64,000 nucleotides of DNA from an uncultured Haloferula sp. (lineage in GTDB: Bacteria > Verrucomicrobiota > Verrucomicrobiia > Verrucomicrobiales > Akkermansiaceae). The notes under the pieces were generated by a model. The model did not search any database. It saw only the letters and a list, made by a program, of their open reading frames with translations, and had not been told where the DNA came from. Both the position numbers and the translations under genes were made by a program. The stretch is taken from NCBI GenBank assembly GCA_965652295.1, contig CBFGTS010000015.1:1-64000 (forward strand), given 5' to 3'. Numbering within the stretch: the stretch's first letter is position 1; each line of letters begins with the position of its first letter. This document shows, piece after piece, positions 8,659 to 17,682 of the stretch.

Positions 8659-11600
8659 TCAGAACCCGGTCACGAGCCGCATGAAGAGCTTCTCGGAACC
8701 CTTCGGCACGCGGACGGTGACGCGGTCGATGCCAGCACCGAAACCGTCGTTTTCCACCGCGATGGTGACCTGACCCACGCCGGCAACGGCCGTTTCCCAC
8801 TCTCCGAGAAGAGTCGAGATCTCGACCTCCGGGGCGCTGGCGGCGGCGACATCCGCGCGGCGGAAAACGAAAACGGCGTGGGTGGCGTCCGTCTCGAAAA
8901 CCGGCAGCAGCCCGGCCGGGTTGGTGCTCGCGCCCAGCGGGTTTCCGCCCAGGACGAATTCCAACGCGTTGGGCACGCCGTCGGCATCCGGATCGGCACC
9001 GGGCTCGCGGAAGCTGCCCGTCACACCCTCGGCATCGAGCCAGAAGGCATAGCCGGGATCGAGCGGATTGAGCGTGGCAGGCGTGCCCGGCTGGTGGGTG
9101 CCGGGCAGCAGGCCGGGATATTCCAGGTAGTCGCTGGAGATGATCCGGCGGGAGAAGTCCGGACCTTCCCATGCCGCGGAGAAGTAGTCGCCACCGATGC
9201 CTTCCTTGTTCAGCCCCTCGATGTAGCAGCGCTGACCGGCGGTGAGGGTGATGGTTGCCGATTTCTGGCTGGCGAAGTTCTCCCAGTTGGTCAGGCCGGT
9301 GGCGCCATCGGCCCAGGCGACGCGGGTTTTGTCGACCGGATTTCCCGTGGTGGAAAGCCAGAGCTCGCCGGCGTCGTCGGAGACGATCCAGAAGGTGTAC
9401 TCGCCCGATTTCGGAGCGATGAGGTAGCCGCTGATGCGCTGGCCGTATCGATCGCCCCAATCCACCGGAGCCTCGAAGGCATCAAGCGACTCGACGCGAT
9501 CCGGCTGGTCCGGGTAACGAGCGGAGTTGGTCAGGTCGGCGATGAAATTGCCTTCGATGCCGGTCCAGATTTCCCTGCGCAGGACGACCGGAGCCGGGAA
9601 GCTGCCGGGGTAGCTGAGGAAGCGTCCGTCGAGGATCGTGCGACCGAAGGACGGGCCTTCCCAAGCGACGGAGAGGTGGTCGCTCTGGAGATGCTCCTTG
9701 TGCAGCGCTTCCAGATAATAGGTGCGGCCGGCGACGAGCGTCAGCACGCCGGAGGCCTGGGAGGGATACTTGTCCCACTGGCGAAAAGCCGTCCACGCCG
9801 GCGTGCCGGCCAGCAGCATGCGGTCGGCGCGATCGGCGTCGGGAGAAAGCCAGAGTTCGCTGGTCTCATCCGAGGCGATCCAGAAGCGGTAGTTGCCGGT
9901 TTCCGGTGCGGTGAGCAGGGCGGCGACGCGTTGACCGTAGCTGTCCTTTTGATCGCGCGGCACCTCGAAGGCGGTCAGCACGCCGCGGCTTTCCGGCACG
10001 CCGGATTGGTAGGCGGAGTCGGCGGTCAGGTTGGCAATGGTCTGGCCGGCAATGCCACTCCAGGTTTCCCGACGCAGCGACGGCGTGCCCGGCAGCGAGT
10101 GAAGATGCTCGAGGTAGGCATTCGAAATGATCTGCCGCGTGATGCCTGGACCTTCCCAGGCGACGGCGACGTAATCCTGGCCGCCGCCTTCCTTGTGCAT
10201 CACGTCAAAGTAGTAGCGCGACCCGGCCTCAAGCGCGATCGGCACGGATTTCTGGCTCGCCAGTTGATCCCACGATCGCTCGCCGGTGACGGAGTCCGCC
10301 CAGGAAACCCGCACGCGGTTGGCGGGATTCTCATCGCTGGAAAGCCAGAACGCGCTTTGGTCGTCCGACGCGATCCAAAAAGTGTAGCGGCCGGTTTCGG
10401 GAGCGACGAGGTAGCCGGAGATCCGCTGGCCGTAGTCCGCGCCGTCTTCCGTGGGGCCCTTGAGACCGGCTTGCGCCGGCAGCAGGGAGACCGATGTGGG
10501 GCTGGCGGGGAACGCGGCGTCCGATGTCAGGTCGCCGATGTTGTTGCCGGCCACGTTCGACCACCGCTCGCGGCGGAGCCGGGTGCGGTCGGCGGGCGCG
10601 TCGGGGACCTCGAGGTAACGGTTGGCGATGATCTCGCGGCTGAAGCCAGGACCTTCCCAGGCGATCGCCAGATGATCGCCGCCGATGCCATCGCGATGGC
10701 GCGCTTCAAGGTAATAGCGCTGGCCTGCCACCAGGCGGATGAACGCGGAGCGTTGGGACGAGTGGGCGGTCCAGGTTTCCGGTTCCACGTATCCGCTCTG
10801 GGAGGCGATCTGGATGATCCCGGCGGGATCGTCGCCGGTCGAAAGCAGGAGCCGGCTGTCGTCATCCGAGGCGATCCAGAAGCGGTAATTCCCGGTCGCG
10901 GGCGGGACGAGATAGCCGCTGAGTCGCTGGAGGTAGTTGTCGCGCACATCGTTCGGTGCCTTGGCCTCGATCACGGTGCCGGTGAAATCCGGAGTCGTGG
11001 ACACAGGGAAGTTGTTCCAATCTCCACTATGCCACATTTCGCGGCGCATGCCGGGACGGTAAACTTCCGGGTATTCCAGATGGTCGCCTTCGATGACCCG
11101 CCGGCTGATGCCCGGCCCCTGCCAGGCAACGGCGAGGTGATCGCCGCCGATGCCTTCTTTCTGAAGCGCTTCGATGTAGTAGCGCTGGCCGGCGACCAGA
11201 GGAATCACGGCCGACTGTTGGTTGCCCTGCGCGGTCCAGTTTCTTGCGGAAACGGAGCCGTTCACCTGACAGAGCTTGCGCCGGTTGGCCGGGTTCATGT
11301 CGGTGGAGAGCCAGAGTTCGCCGCCATCGTCTGAGGCGATCCAGAAGGTGTAGTCGCCCGATGCGGGAGGGATCACGTAGCCGCTGAGTCGCTGCCCGTA
11401 GCGTTCGCCCCAGCCGCTCGGAGCTTCGAAGTCGGCGGTGTAGCCGACGACGTCCGGAAGAGCCGGATAAGTGAAGTAATCGGTGAGGTCCGATAGCGCC
11501 TGCCCGTCGGGAAGACCGGTCCAGACTTCGCGTTTCAAGGCGGGTGGCCGGATCTGCACGGTGACGGTGGCGGTTCCGGAAAGTGGAGTGGGAGCGTTGT

Positions 11601-14600
11601 CGGTGGCCGTCACCGTGAGCACACGGGTGCCGGCAGCCAGAGGGCCCGCCGTGGTCCGCAGCTCACCGGTCAGTTCATCAATGGAGAACGCCCCGTCGGC
11701 GTTGCCACCGGTGATCGCGAAGCGGACGGTGGTGCCGGGATTCGCCCAATCCTTCGCTTCCAGCGTGGCGATGGTGACGCCGGTATCGCGCGTGAAGATC
11801 GTCGCAGTCAGATCCGCAAGCTGCGGGGCACCGTGGTTGTAGAAGGTCTGGGTGACGTGCGGGCTGCCAAGCACGGTGCGGGAGAAGTTGGGCCCTTCCC
11901 ACGCGACGGAAACATGGTCGCCGCCGATACCTTCCTTTTGCAGGACCTCGATGTAGTAGAAACGGCCGCCTTCCAGCGTGATGGAGCCGGAGCGCTGGGT
12001 CGGGAAGCGCTCCCACTCGCGGAAGCCGGTGGCTCCGGTGTGGTAGGCGATGCGCGTCTTGTTGGCGGGATTGGTGTCGGTGGAGAGCCAGATCTCTCCG
12101 TGATCGTCCGACGAAATCCAGAAGGTGTAGTTTCCGCTGTCCGGCGCTCTCAGGTATCCGCTCAGACGCTGCCCGTAGGAGTCAGCGATGCCCGTCGGGG
12201 CTTCAAAATGCGTCTCATAGCTGACCGCGGTGGGACTCCCGGGAAAGCTGGCGTGGGAGGTGAGGTCGCTGACAGCATTGCCGCCGATCCCCGACCAGAA
12301 CTCACGCTTCACGGCGAGCGGCACGACTTCCATGGCGATCCGAGCGGTGGTCGAAAGGCCGCCGGAATCTTCCGCCGAGACATCGAGATAGTACATCGGG
12401 CGTGCCGCAAACGAGAGCGCGCCATTCACGCGAAGTTCGCCGGTCGTGGCATCGATCGCGATGGCGTTGCCGACATTTCCGCCCGTGATGGCGAACTGCG
12501 AGAGGGTTGAGCCTGGCTCGAAGTCGCCGGCCTCGAGCACCGCGATCGGAGTGCCGACGCCGCCATCCTCGCGCACCCGGTATGTCCGGCTGGCGATCCA
12601 CGGGGCGCGGTTCGCCGGGGTCCCCGGAAACTCCAGCCGCTGCCGCGGGATGAGCTGGCGGGGGCGGGTGGGCGTCTGCCATACCACGCTGGCATGGTCG
12701 CCACCGGCGTTCTCACGGCTGAGGAACTCGATGTAGTAACGCTGTCCGGCGACCAAGGAGACCGCCGCGGAGGCCTGCGTTCCGAGCTGTGTCCAGTTGT
12801 CCGGCGCGGTGTTCGAGTGGTTGTAGGCGATGCGCGTCCTGTTCGCCGGGTTGTCATTGCTCGAAAGCCACAGTTCGCTGGCGTCGTCCGCCGTGGTCCA
12901 GAACCGGTGCTCGCCGGTTTCGTCGGGGATCAGGTAGCCGCTCAGCTTCTGCCCGTAGTTGTTCCCCGGATGAACCGCTTGGAAGGTGCCGGCGCGGCCG
13001 GAAAAGTCCGGCTGGTTCGGGTAATCCGCGTCTCCCGTAAGCCCGCCGATCCCGCTGCCGCCGAGTCCGGTCCACAGCTCGTATTTCAAACCGCGGACGC
13101 GATCGACCTCCACCGTCACGGTCGTTTGCGTGGGACTGCCGTTGCGGCGATAGCGGACGGCGAGGCTGAACGTGGTGCCGGGTGTGAGGGCGGCGGCATC
13201 CGCCACGCGGATCTCGCCGGTGGTTCCGTCGATGGAGAAGGCTGAATTGGTGTTTCCCGAAAGGATGGAAAAGGAGCTGCCGAGTCCGGGATCCACCTGG
13301 CCGACGAGGGCGGAATTCACCGAAGTGGGATCCACCCCGAAACGCCAGCCGGGCGTCGGGATGGTGCCGGTGATGCGATACTGCCCGATCGAGCCGTAGT
13401 CGTCGTAACCGTTCGAAGACCAAGTCCCATCCGCCACGCCATCGATGGTGACCGTGTAGATGCCGGCTCCCACGGTGGATGAAATCTGCGCGCCGAGGCT
13501 GTTGGTGGGGCTGGAGGTGACGATCAAGGCACCGGTCGGACTGTACAGCTTGGCCTCGATGTTCAGGTTAGGATCGGTCGGACCCCCGGTGAAGTTGAGG
13601 GTCACCGAACCGCCGGAGGTGGTGAACGAGTAGCGGTCGACATCGTGACGGTTGATGATGACGCCCTCCTGGTCGACGGCACCCTCCGGGCCGATGGCAA
13701 GGGGAATGGCCCCGTCGGAGTCTTCCGGTGAAAGGTCCTCCCGCTCCGGCACCGATGAGCCGATGTAGGCCATGTCGTCCTGTTGCTGGTTGGCGCCGAC
13801 GTAGGCCCCGTCACTCCAATGCGTCACGGGCTTGCCGTAGGGCGCGCCCATGATCGGACCCCAGCTACCATGACCACCGTAGTAGCCTTGGTCGTTGATG
13901 CCGTCGTGGTGCAGCCCGAAGGTGTGTCCGACCTCATGGGAGATCACGATCGGGGCACCGCTGTTTTGATCGAAATTCCAGCAGACCGGGGATCCGGACT
14001 CGCGGAAGGTGTTGTTGAAGGCGACGCCCCCGGCACCGGCGAAGTTGTTCGAGGTGGTGATGCAGTGGATCCGCAGGCCTTGCGGCGCGCGCAGGTAGGC
14101 CTGCAAGTCGGTCGTGACGTTGACCTCGAAGGGCGCGAAATCCTCCGAGACCTCCCGCCAGATTTCTTCGACCCGGCTGGCGGTGAAACGGTAGGCCGGA
14201 GCGACGATCCGCTCGCCACCTTCCCACGAGTGGCCCTCGATCACCTCGCCATCGAAATCGAGGTAGATGGTCGCCCGCGCACGGGGCAGGCTGTGGAGGA
14301 TGGGGATCGGCTCGGCCAGCACGCCGACGGATCGGCCCTCGTTATAAATCGGAATCTCCTGCAGGTCCGGCTGCTCGGTTTGGACGACCGGTTCCCAATT
14401 CGGGTCGGGCTCGCAGATCACCTCACCGATCGGCCGCCGCGCGACGGTGAGCCGCCCGTCATCCCCGCTGCCGTAAACATAGGCGATTCCTTCATCCCGC
14501 CGGAGGATGAAGCCACGATAACCCCACGGTTCGCGCGCGATCTGGAAAATATGTCCGGCTCCCTCAAGCCGCCCGCCTGCGATCGTGGCTCCGTTTTCGA

Positions 14601-14880
14601 TGATCCGGACGTAGTTCAGTCGTCCCTCCACCATGGTGCCATCGGGCAGCGGGAGGGAAACGAGGGCACCTTTCTCCAGCTTTCCGATCTCGTCGAAGAC
14701 GAGGGCCGCACGAGCCTCCACAAGCAATGGAGCGGACGCTGGGACCGCTCTGGCCGGACGAGGTGCGATGGCGGACGATATTCTCGTTTCTCCGGGCTTC
14801 TGTTGAAGCATCGAGAATCCGATCAGAAGAGCTCCGCCGCCCATCGCGGCGGCGAGAGAAAGATGTTTGGGTTTCATCAA
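8659..14880 (-). CDS. Giant secreted protein: metzincin-type Zn protease + PPC-like domain + 3 cadherin-like + 7 PA14 domains + C-terminal D-rich domain
   Basis: HEVGHTFGLHH and Met-turn (PIMG); repeated YGQRLSGY...G.Y.FWIASDD...LWLS...L.AG..YYIE..KEG.GGDH..VAW; FAITGGN...FSID..TGE. Confidence 0.88.
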   Translation of the reverse strand: MMKPKHLSLAAAMGGGALLIGFSMLQQKPGETRISSAIAPRPARAVPASAPLLVEARAALVFDEIGKLEKGALVSLPLPDGTMVEGRLNYVRIIENGATIAGGRLEGAGHIFQIAREPWGYRGFILRRDEGIAYVYGSGDDGRLTVARRPIGEVICEPDPNWEPVVQTEQPDLQEIPIYNEGRSVGVLAEPIPILHSLPRARATIYLDFDGEVIEGHSWEGGERIVAPAYRFTASRVEEIWREVSEDFAPFEVNVTTDLQAYLRAPQGLRIHCITTSNNFAGAGGVAFNNTFRESGSPVCWNFDQNSGAPIVISHEVGHTFGLHHDGINDQGYYGGHGSWGPIMGAPYGKPVTHWSDGAYVGANQQQDDMAYIGSSVPEREDLSPEDSDGAIPLAIGPEGAVDQEGVIINRHDVDRYSFTTSGGSVTLNFTGGPTDPNLNIEAKLYSPTGALIVTSSPTNSLGAQISSTVGAGIYTVTIDGVADGTWSSNGYDDYGSIGQYRITGTIPTPGWRFGVDPTSVNSALVGQVDPGLGSSFSILSGNTNSAFSIDGTTGEIRVADAAALTPGTTFSLAVRYRRNGSPTQTTVTVEVDRVRGLKYELWTGLGGSGIGGLTGDADYPNQPDFSGRAGTFQAVHPGNNYGQKLSGYLIPDETGEHRFWTTADDASELWLSSNDNPANRTRIAYNHSNTAPDNWTQLGTQASAAVSLVAGQRYYIEFLSRENAGGDHASVVWQTPTRPRQLIPRQRLEFPGTPANRAPWIASRTYRVREDGGVGTPIAVLEAGDFEPGSTLSQFAITGGNVGNAIAIDATTGELRVNGALSFAARPMYYLDVSAEDSGGLSTTARIAMEVVPLAVKREFWSGIGGNAVSDLTSHASFPGSPTAVSYETHFEAPTGIADSYGQRLSGYLRAPDSGNYTFWISSDDHGEIWLSTDTNPANKTRIAYHTGATGFREWERFPTQRSGSITLEGGRFYYIEVLQKEGIGGDHVSVAWEGPNFSRTVLGSPHVTQTFYNHGAPQLADLTATIFTRDTGVTIATLEAKDWANPGTTVRFAITGGNADGAFSIDELTGELRTTAGPLAAGTRVLTVTATDNAPTPLSGTATVTVQIRPPALKREVWTGLPDGQALSDLTDYFTYPALPDVVGYTADFEAPSGWGERYGQRLSGYVIPPASGDYTFWIASDDGGELWLSTDMNPANRRKLCQVNGSVSARNWTAQGNQQSAVIPLVAGQRYYIEALQKEGIGGDHLAVAWQGPGISRRVIEGDHLEYPEVYRPGMRREMWHSGDWNNFPVSTTPDFTGTVIEAKAPNDVRDNYLQRLSGYLVPPATGNYRFWIASDDDSRLLLSTGDDPAGIIQIASQSGYVEPETWTAHSSQRSAFIRLVAGQRYYLEARHRDGIGGDHLAIAWEGPGFSREIIANRYLEVPDAPADRTRLRRERWSNVAGNNIGDLTSDAAFPASPTSVSLLPAQAGLKGPTEDGADYGQRISGYLVAPETGRYTFWIASDDQSAFWLSSDENPANRVRVSWADSVTGERSWDQLASQKSVPIALEAGSRYYFDVMHKEGGGQDYVAVAWEGPGITRQIISNAYLEHLHSLPGTPSLRRETWSGIAGQTIANLTADSAYQSGVPESRGVLTAFEVPRDQKDSYGQRVAALLTAPETGNYRFWIASDETSELWLSPDADRADRMLLAGTPAWTAFRQWDKYPSQASGVLTLVAGRTYYLEALHKEHLQSDHLSVAWEGPSFGRTILDGRFLSYPGSFPAPVVLRREIWTGIEGNFIADLTNSARYPDQPDRVESLDAFEAPVDWGDRYGQRISGYLIAPKSGEYTFWIVSDDAGELWLSTTGNPVDKTRVAWADGATGLTNWENFASQKSATITLTAGQRCYIEGLNKEGIGGDYFSAAWEGPDFSRRIISSDYLEYPGLLPGTHQPGTPATLNPLDPGYAFWLDAEGVTGSFREPGADPDADGVPNALEFVLGGNPLGASTNPAGLLPVFETDATHAVFVFRRADVAAASAPEVEISTLLGEWETAVAGVGQVTIAVENDGFGAGIDRVTVRVPKGSEKLFMRLVTGF

Positions 14881-15018
14881 TGGGTTGACGACGCCCCAAC
14901 GTCGCCAATGCCCCTGTTCTTATCAGCCGATCCTCACATCTGACTCAAAACCAGTGGAAAAACGCGGACCCGGAACCCGTGCAGTCCACAGGAAAGGTTC
15001 TCTTGGGTGGAAGCTCAG

Positions 15019-15729
15019 TCAGTGGCAGCAGCTCGGCAGCGTTTCGACTTCGCCCGCGGGAACCGGCTCCTGTTTCCACGCAGGCAGGGTGTCGTGCAAA
15101 CGCCAAGCGAGGATGAGGGCGGTGGCGAAGGCGAGGCCCCGCTGGACGCGGGCGAGACGGATCGGCGTGAGGCGGAGCCGCAGGCGGTGGAACTGGTGCT
15201 GGGCGAGCCACAGCAGCGGCACCGTGCCAAGACCGAAGGCAAGGGCGGCCTCCGCGCCGCGGGCGGCGGAGCCGGAGGCCATCAAGGCGATGAACACCGC
15301 ATACAGCGGCCCGCAGGGCAGGAAAGGCGTGAGCAATCCCATCGCCGCCGATCCGCCGATGGTGGAAAAACGTCCGGCCTTGAACCGGGCCCGCGCCACC
15401 AGACGGCTGAGGATCTTCGGGCGGGGAATCTTTTTATCCAACCCGGTGGCCAGCAGCAACAGGGCCGCCACCAGGGCCCACGGCAGCAGCACGGCGGGAG
15501 AGTCGAAGAACCAGTGCAGCGGCTCCTTTCCGATTGCCCCGCAGATCGCGCCGATCACGCCATAGGAAAACAGGCGGGTGCCGTGGTAGAGCGAAGCGGC
15601 GGTGAGGCGTTCGGCCTCGGTCTTGGCGAGCGTGCCGACCCCGCAGGCGATGGGCCCGCACATGCCCGCGCAGTGCAGCGAGGTGGCAAGGCCGACCGCA
15701 AGAGCGCCGAAGGTGGTGGTGGGGTCCAT
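15019..15729 (-). CDS. DsbD_2 / TauE-SafE-like membrane protein of cbb3 oxidase maturation clusters
   Basis: SLHCAGMCGP, LPCGPLY, FGLGTVP; downstream of ccoG. Confidence 0.88.
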   Translation of the reverse strand: MDPTTTFGALAVGLATSLHCAGMCGPIACGVGTLAKTEAERLTAASLYHGTRLFSYGVIGAICGAIGKEPLHWFFDSPAVLLPWALVAALLLLATGLDKKIPRPKILSRLVARARFKAGRFSTIGGSAAMGLLTPFLPCGPLYAVFIALMASGSAARGAEAALAFGLGTVPLLWLAQHQFHRLRLRLTPIRLARVQRGLAFATALILAWRLHDTLPAWKQEPVPAGEVETLPSCCH

Positions 15730-15753
15730 GGGCGGAGTTTCAGCGGATGCGGC

Positions 15754-15885
15754 TCAGGGTTCGGCGTTTGGCATCTCGATCTGCTGCGGGCGGTGTTTCA
15801 CGGCGATCGTGATCAGCGCCGACCACGCGCCGATGAGCAGCAGGAAAGCGAGCACCACGAGGATCCAGGGATGTTTCTTGGGCAT
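15754..15885 (-). CDS. 43-aa single-TM protein (CcoH/FixH position), not in ORF track
   Basis: Hand translation: MPKKHPWILVVLAFLLLIGAWSALITIAVKHRPQQIEMPNAEP*. Confidence 0.7.
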   Translation of the reverse strand: MPKKHPWILVVLAFLLLIGAWSALITIAVKHRPQQIEMPNAEP

Positions 15886-15907
15886 GGCGATGGGTGGATG
15901 GGATGGT

Positions 15908-16042
15908 GGAGCGCCGATTATGAAATCGGCATCGCCATCACCGGTGATGGTGGAGTCTAAGGGAAATGGTCTCGTCGGGAATGGGACGATAGGACGGGGA
16001 GTGTTTGGAAGAGCAGAAGGCCGATTTCATAATCGGCGCTCC
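15908..16042. repeat. Inverted pair of REP-like palindromes (family A: GGAGCGCCGATTATGAAATCGGC)
   Basis: Copy at 15908-15936 (+) and copy at 16020-16042 (-). Confidence 0.88.
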
Positions 16043-16066
16043 GCTCTGCATGAACTGGAGGTGCGG

Positions 16067-17473
16067 CTATTTGATCGATTCCGGACTGGGCCCGAGGAAC
16101 GTGACGGCTTGATCGATGGTGACATCACCGGGCTGGGTGGTGACACGGAGAGTGAGGGTGGCGCGCCCATCGTAGGAGTCGATCGGCCAAATGGCCACGA
16201 ACTGACGGGTAAGTTCGCCTTGAGCCGGGATTTTCACGGTCTGATCGCCGCCGCTGAGGAGCAACCCCGCGGGAGGATCGACGAGACTCACGGTGAAGCT
16301 CGCCTCCTGGTTGCGCTTGTTGAGAAAACGCAGCTCGTAGAAATTCCGCACGCTGCTCGAATCGGCCTGGAACGGCTGGCCTGCCATGGCGACCTTTTTG
16401 AACGTGGCGGTGTAGGGCCGGGCTTTCCGCGACGCGGTGAAAACGAAGACGCTGAGGCCAAGCACGCCGAGGACGGTGTAGGCGATGATCCGCGGGCGGA
16501 GGATGCGGCGCTTCTGGCGGGTGAGACCCTGGAGCGAATCGTAGCGCACGAGACCGGTCGGGCGGCCGATTTTGCGCATGATGTCGTCACAGGCGTCGAT
16601 GCACGCCGCGCAGCCGATGCATTCGAGCTGAAGGCCGTTGCGGATGTCGATTCCGGTCGGGCAAACGTTGACGCAGCGGCGGCAGTCGATGCAGTCGCCC
16701 TCGGCCTTGCCCTTGGCTCCGCGCGGTTCACCGCGGATTTCGTCGTAGCCGATGTTGACGGTATCGTCGTCCGTCATGGCGCTCTGCAAGCGGCCGTAGG
16801 GGCACATGATGACGCAGAACTGCTCGCGGAAATAGCCGAAGCAGAACCACAGCACCACGGTCAGGAAAGCGACGATGCCGAAGGCGGTGGCATGGGCCAG
16901 CGGGCCCTCGCCCATGTAGGAGTAGAGCCGCTCCAGCGAGACGAAGTAGGAGAGGAAAACGTGCGCGATGAGGGTGGAACAGAGGGCGTAGAGGGCGTGC
17001 TTGCTGACGCGTTTGACGACCTTGCCGGCCGTCCAGGGCGAGGCATCGAGTTTTTTCCGCGTCTGGGCGTCTCCCTCGATCCAGCGCTCGATCCGGCGGA
17101 AGATGTGGTCGAGGAAAACCGTGTAGGGGCAGGCCCAGCCGCACCAAAGACGACCAAGGAGCGCGGTCACGAAAAAGAGCAAGAAGCCCAGTCCGGTGAT
17201 GCCGAAGAACATGACCCACAGGTCCTGCGGCACGAGGGTCAGGCCGAAGACGTGGAAGCGGCGGTTCTCGACGTCGAAAAACAGGGCCGGCTCGCCGTTG
17301 ACCGGGATCCACGGCAGGGCGACGTAGACGATCAGCAGGAGGATGCCGAAGACCCGCCGCGCGGAGGTCCACTTCCCGCTGACGTCGGCGGGGTGGAGGA
17401 AATAGCGTGAGCCGTCCTCGTTGATCGTGGTGACCGAGTCGAGGTTGGGCTTCTTGGGCGCTTGGCTTGCCAT
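16067..17473 (-). CDS. ccoG: cbb3-type oxidase accessory protein CcoG/FixG
   Basis: GRLWCGWACP, REQFCVIMCPYGRLQS, CIDCRRCVNVCPTGIDIR, CIGCAACIDAC. Confidence 0.95.
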   Translation of the reverse strand: MASQAPKKPNLDSVTTINEDGSRYFLHPADVSGKWTSARRVFGILLLIVYVALPWIPVNGEPALFFDVENRRFHVFGLTLVPQDLWVMFFGITGLGFLLFFVTALLGRLWCGWACPYTVFLDHIFRRIERWIEGDAQTRKKLDASPWTAGKVVKRVSKHALYALCSTLIAHVFLSYFVSLERLYSYMGEGPLAHATAFGIVAFLTVVLWFCFGYFREQFCVIMCPYGRLQSAMTDDDTVNIGYDEIRGEPRGAKGKAEGDCIDCRRCVNVCPTGIDIRNGLQLECIGCAACIDACDDIMRKIGRPTGLVRYDSLQGLTRQKRRILRPRIIAYTVLGVLGLSVFVFTASRKARPYTATFKKVAMAGQPFQADSSSVRNFYELRFLNKRNQEASFTVSLVDPPAGLLLSGGDQTVKIPAQGELTRQFVAIWPIDSYDGRATLTLRVTTQPGDVTIDQAVTFLGPSPESIK

Positions 17474-17682
17474 GGCGGGTGGGAGGGAACCCTAGGCGGG
17501 GCCCCCCTCACCTGCTCCGCATGCGGTGCCGGGTGTGGTGCGTATTTTGCGGCGGAAAATGCGGAACTCGGGGCGGAGGCGGGACGGATCGCCACCGGCG
17601 AGGCTTCGCGGGGAAAGAGAGAAAGTGAGAGAAGAAGGGAGGCGGCTTCCAAAGCCGCTCTCCCGAGACGGAACTCCGCTGG

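Noticed and set aside
8593..11334. 913-aa plus-strand ORF and similar long antisense ORFs (15602, 17830, 25277, 51315, 57796, 59989)
   Set aside because: Shadow frames of genuine high-GC genes on the opposite strand; no motifs.
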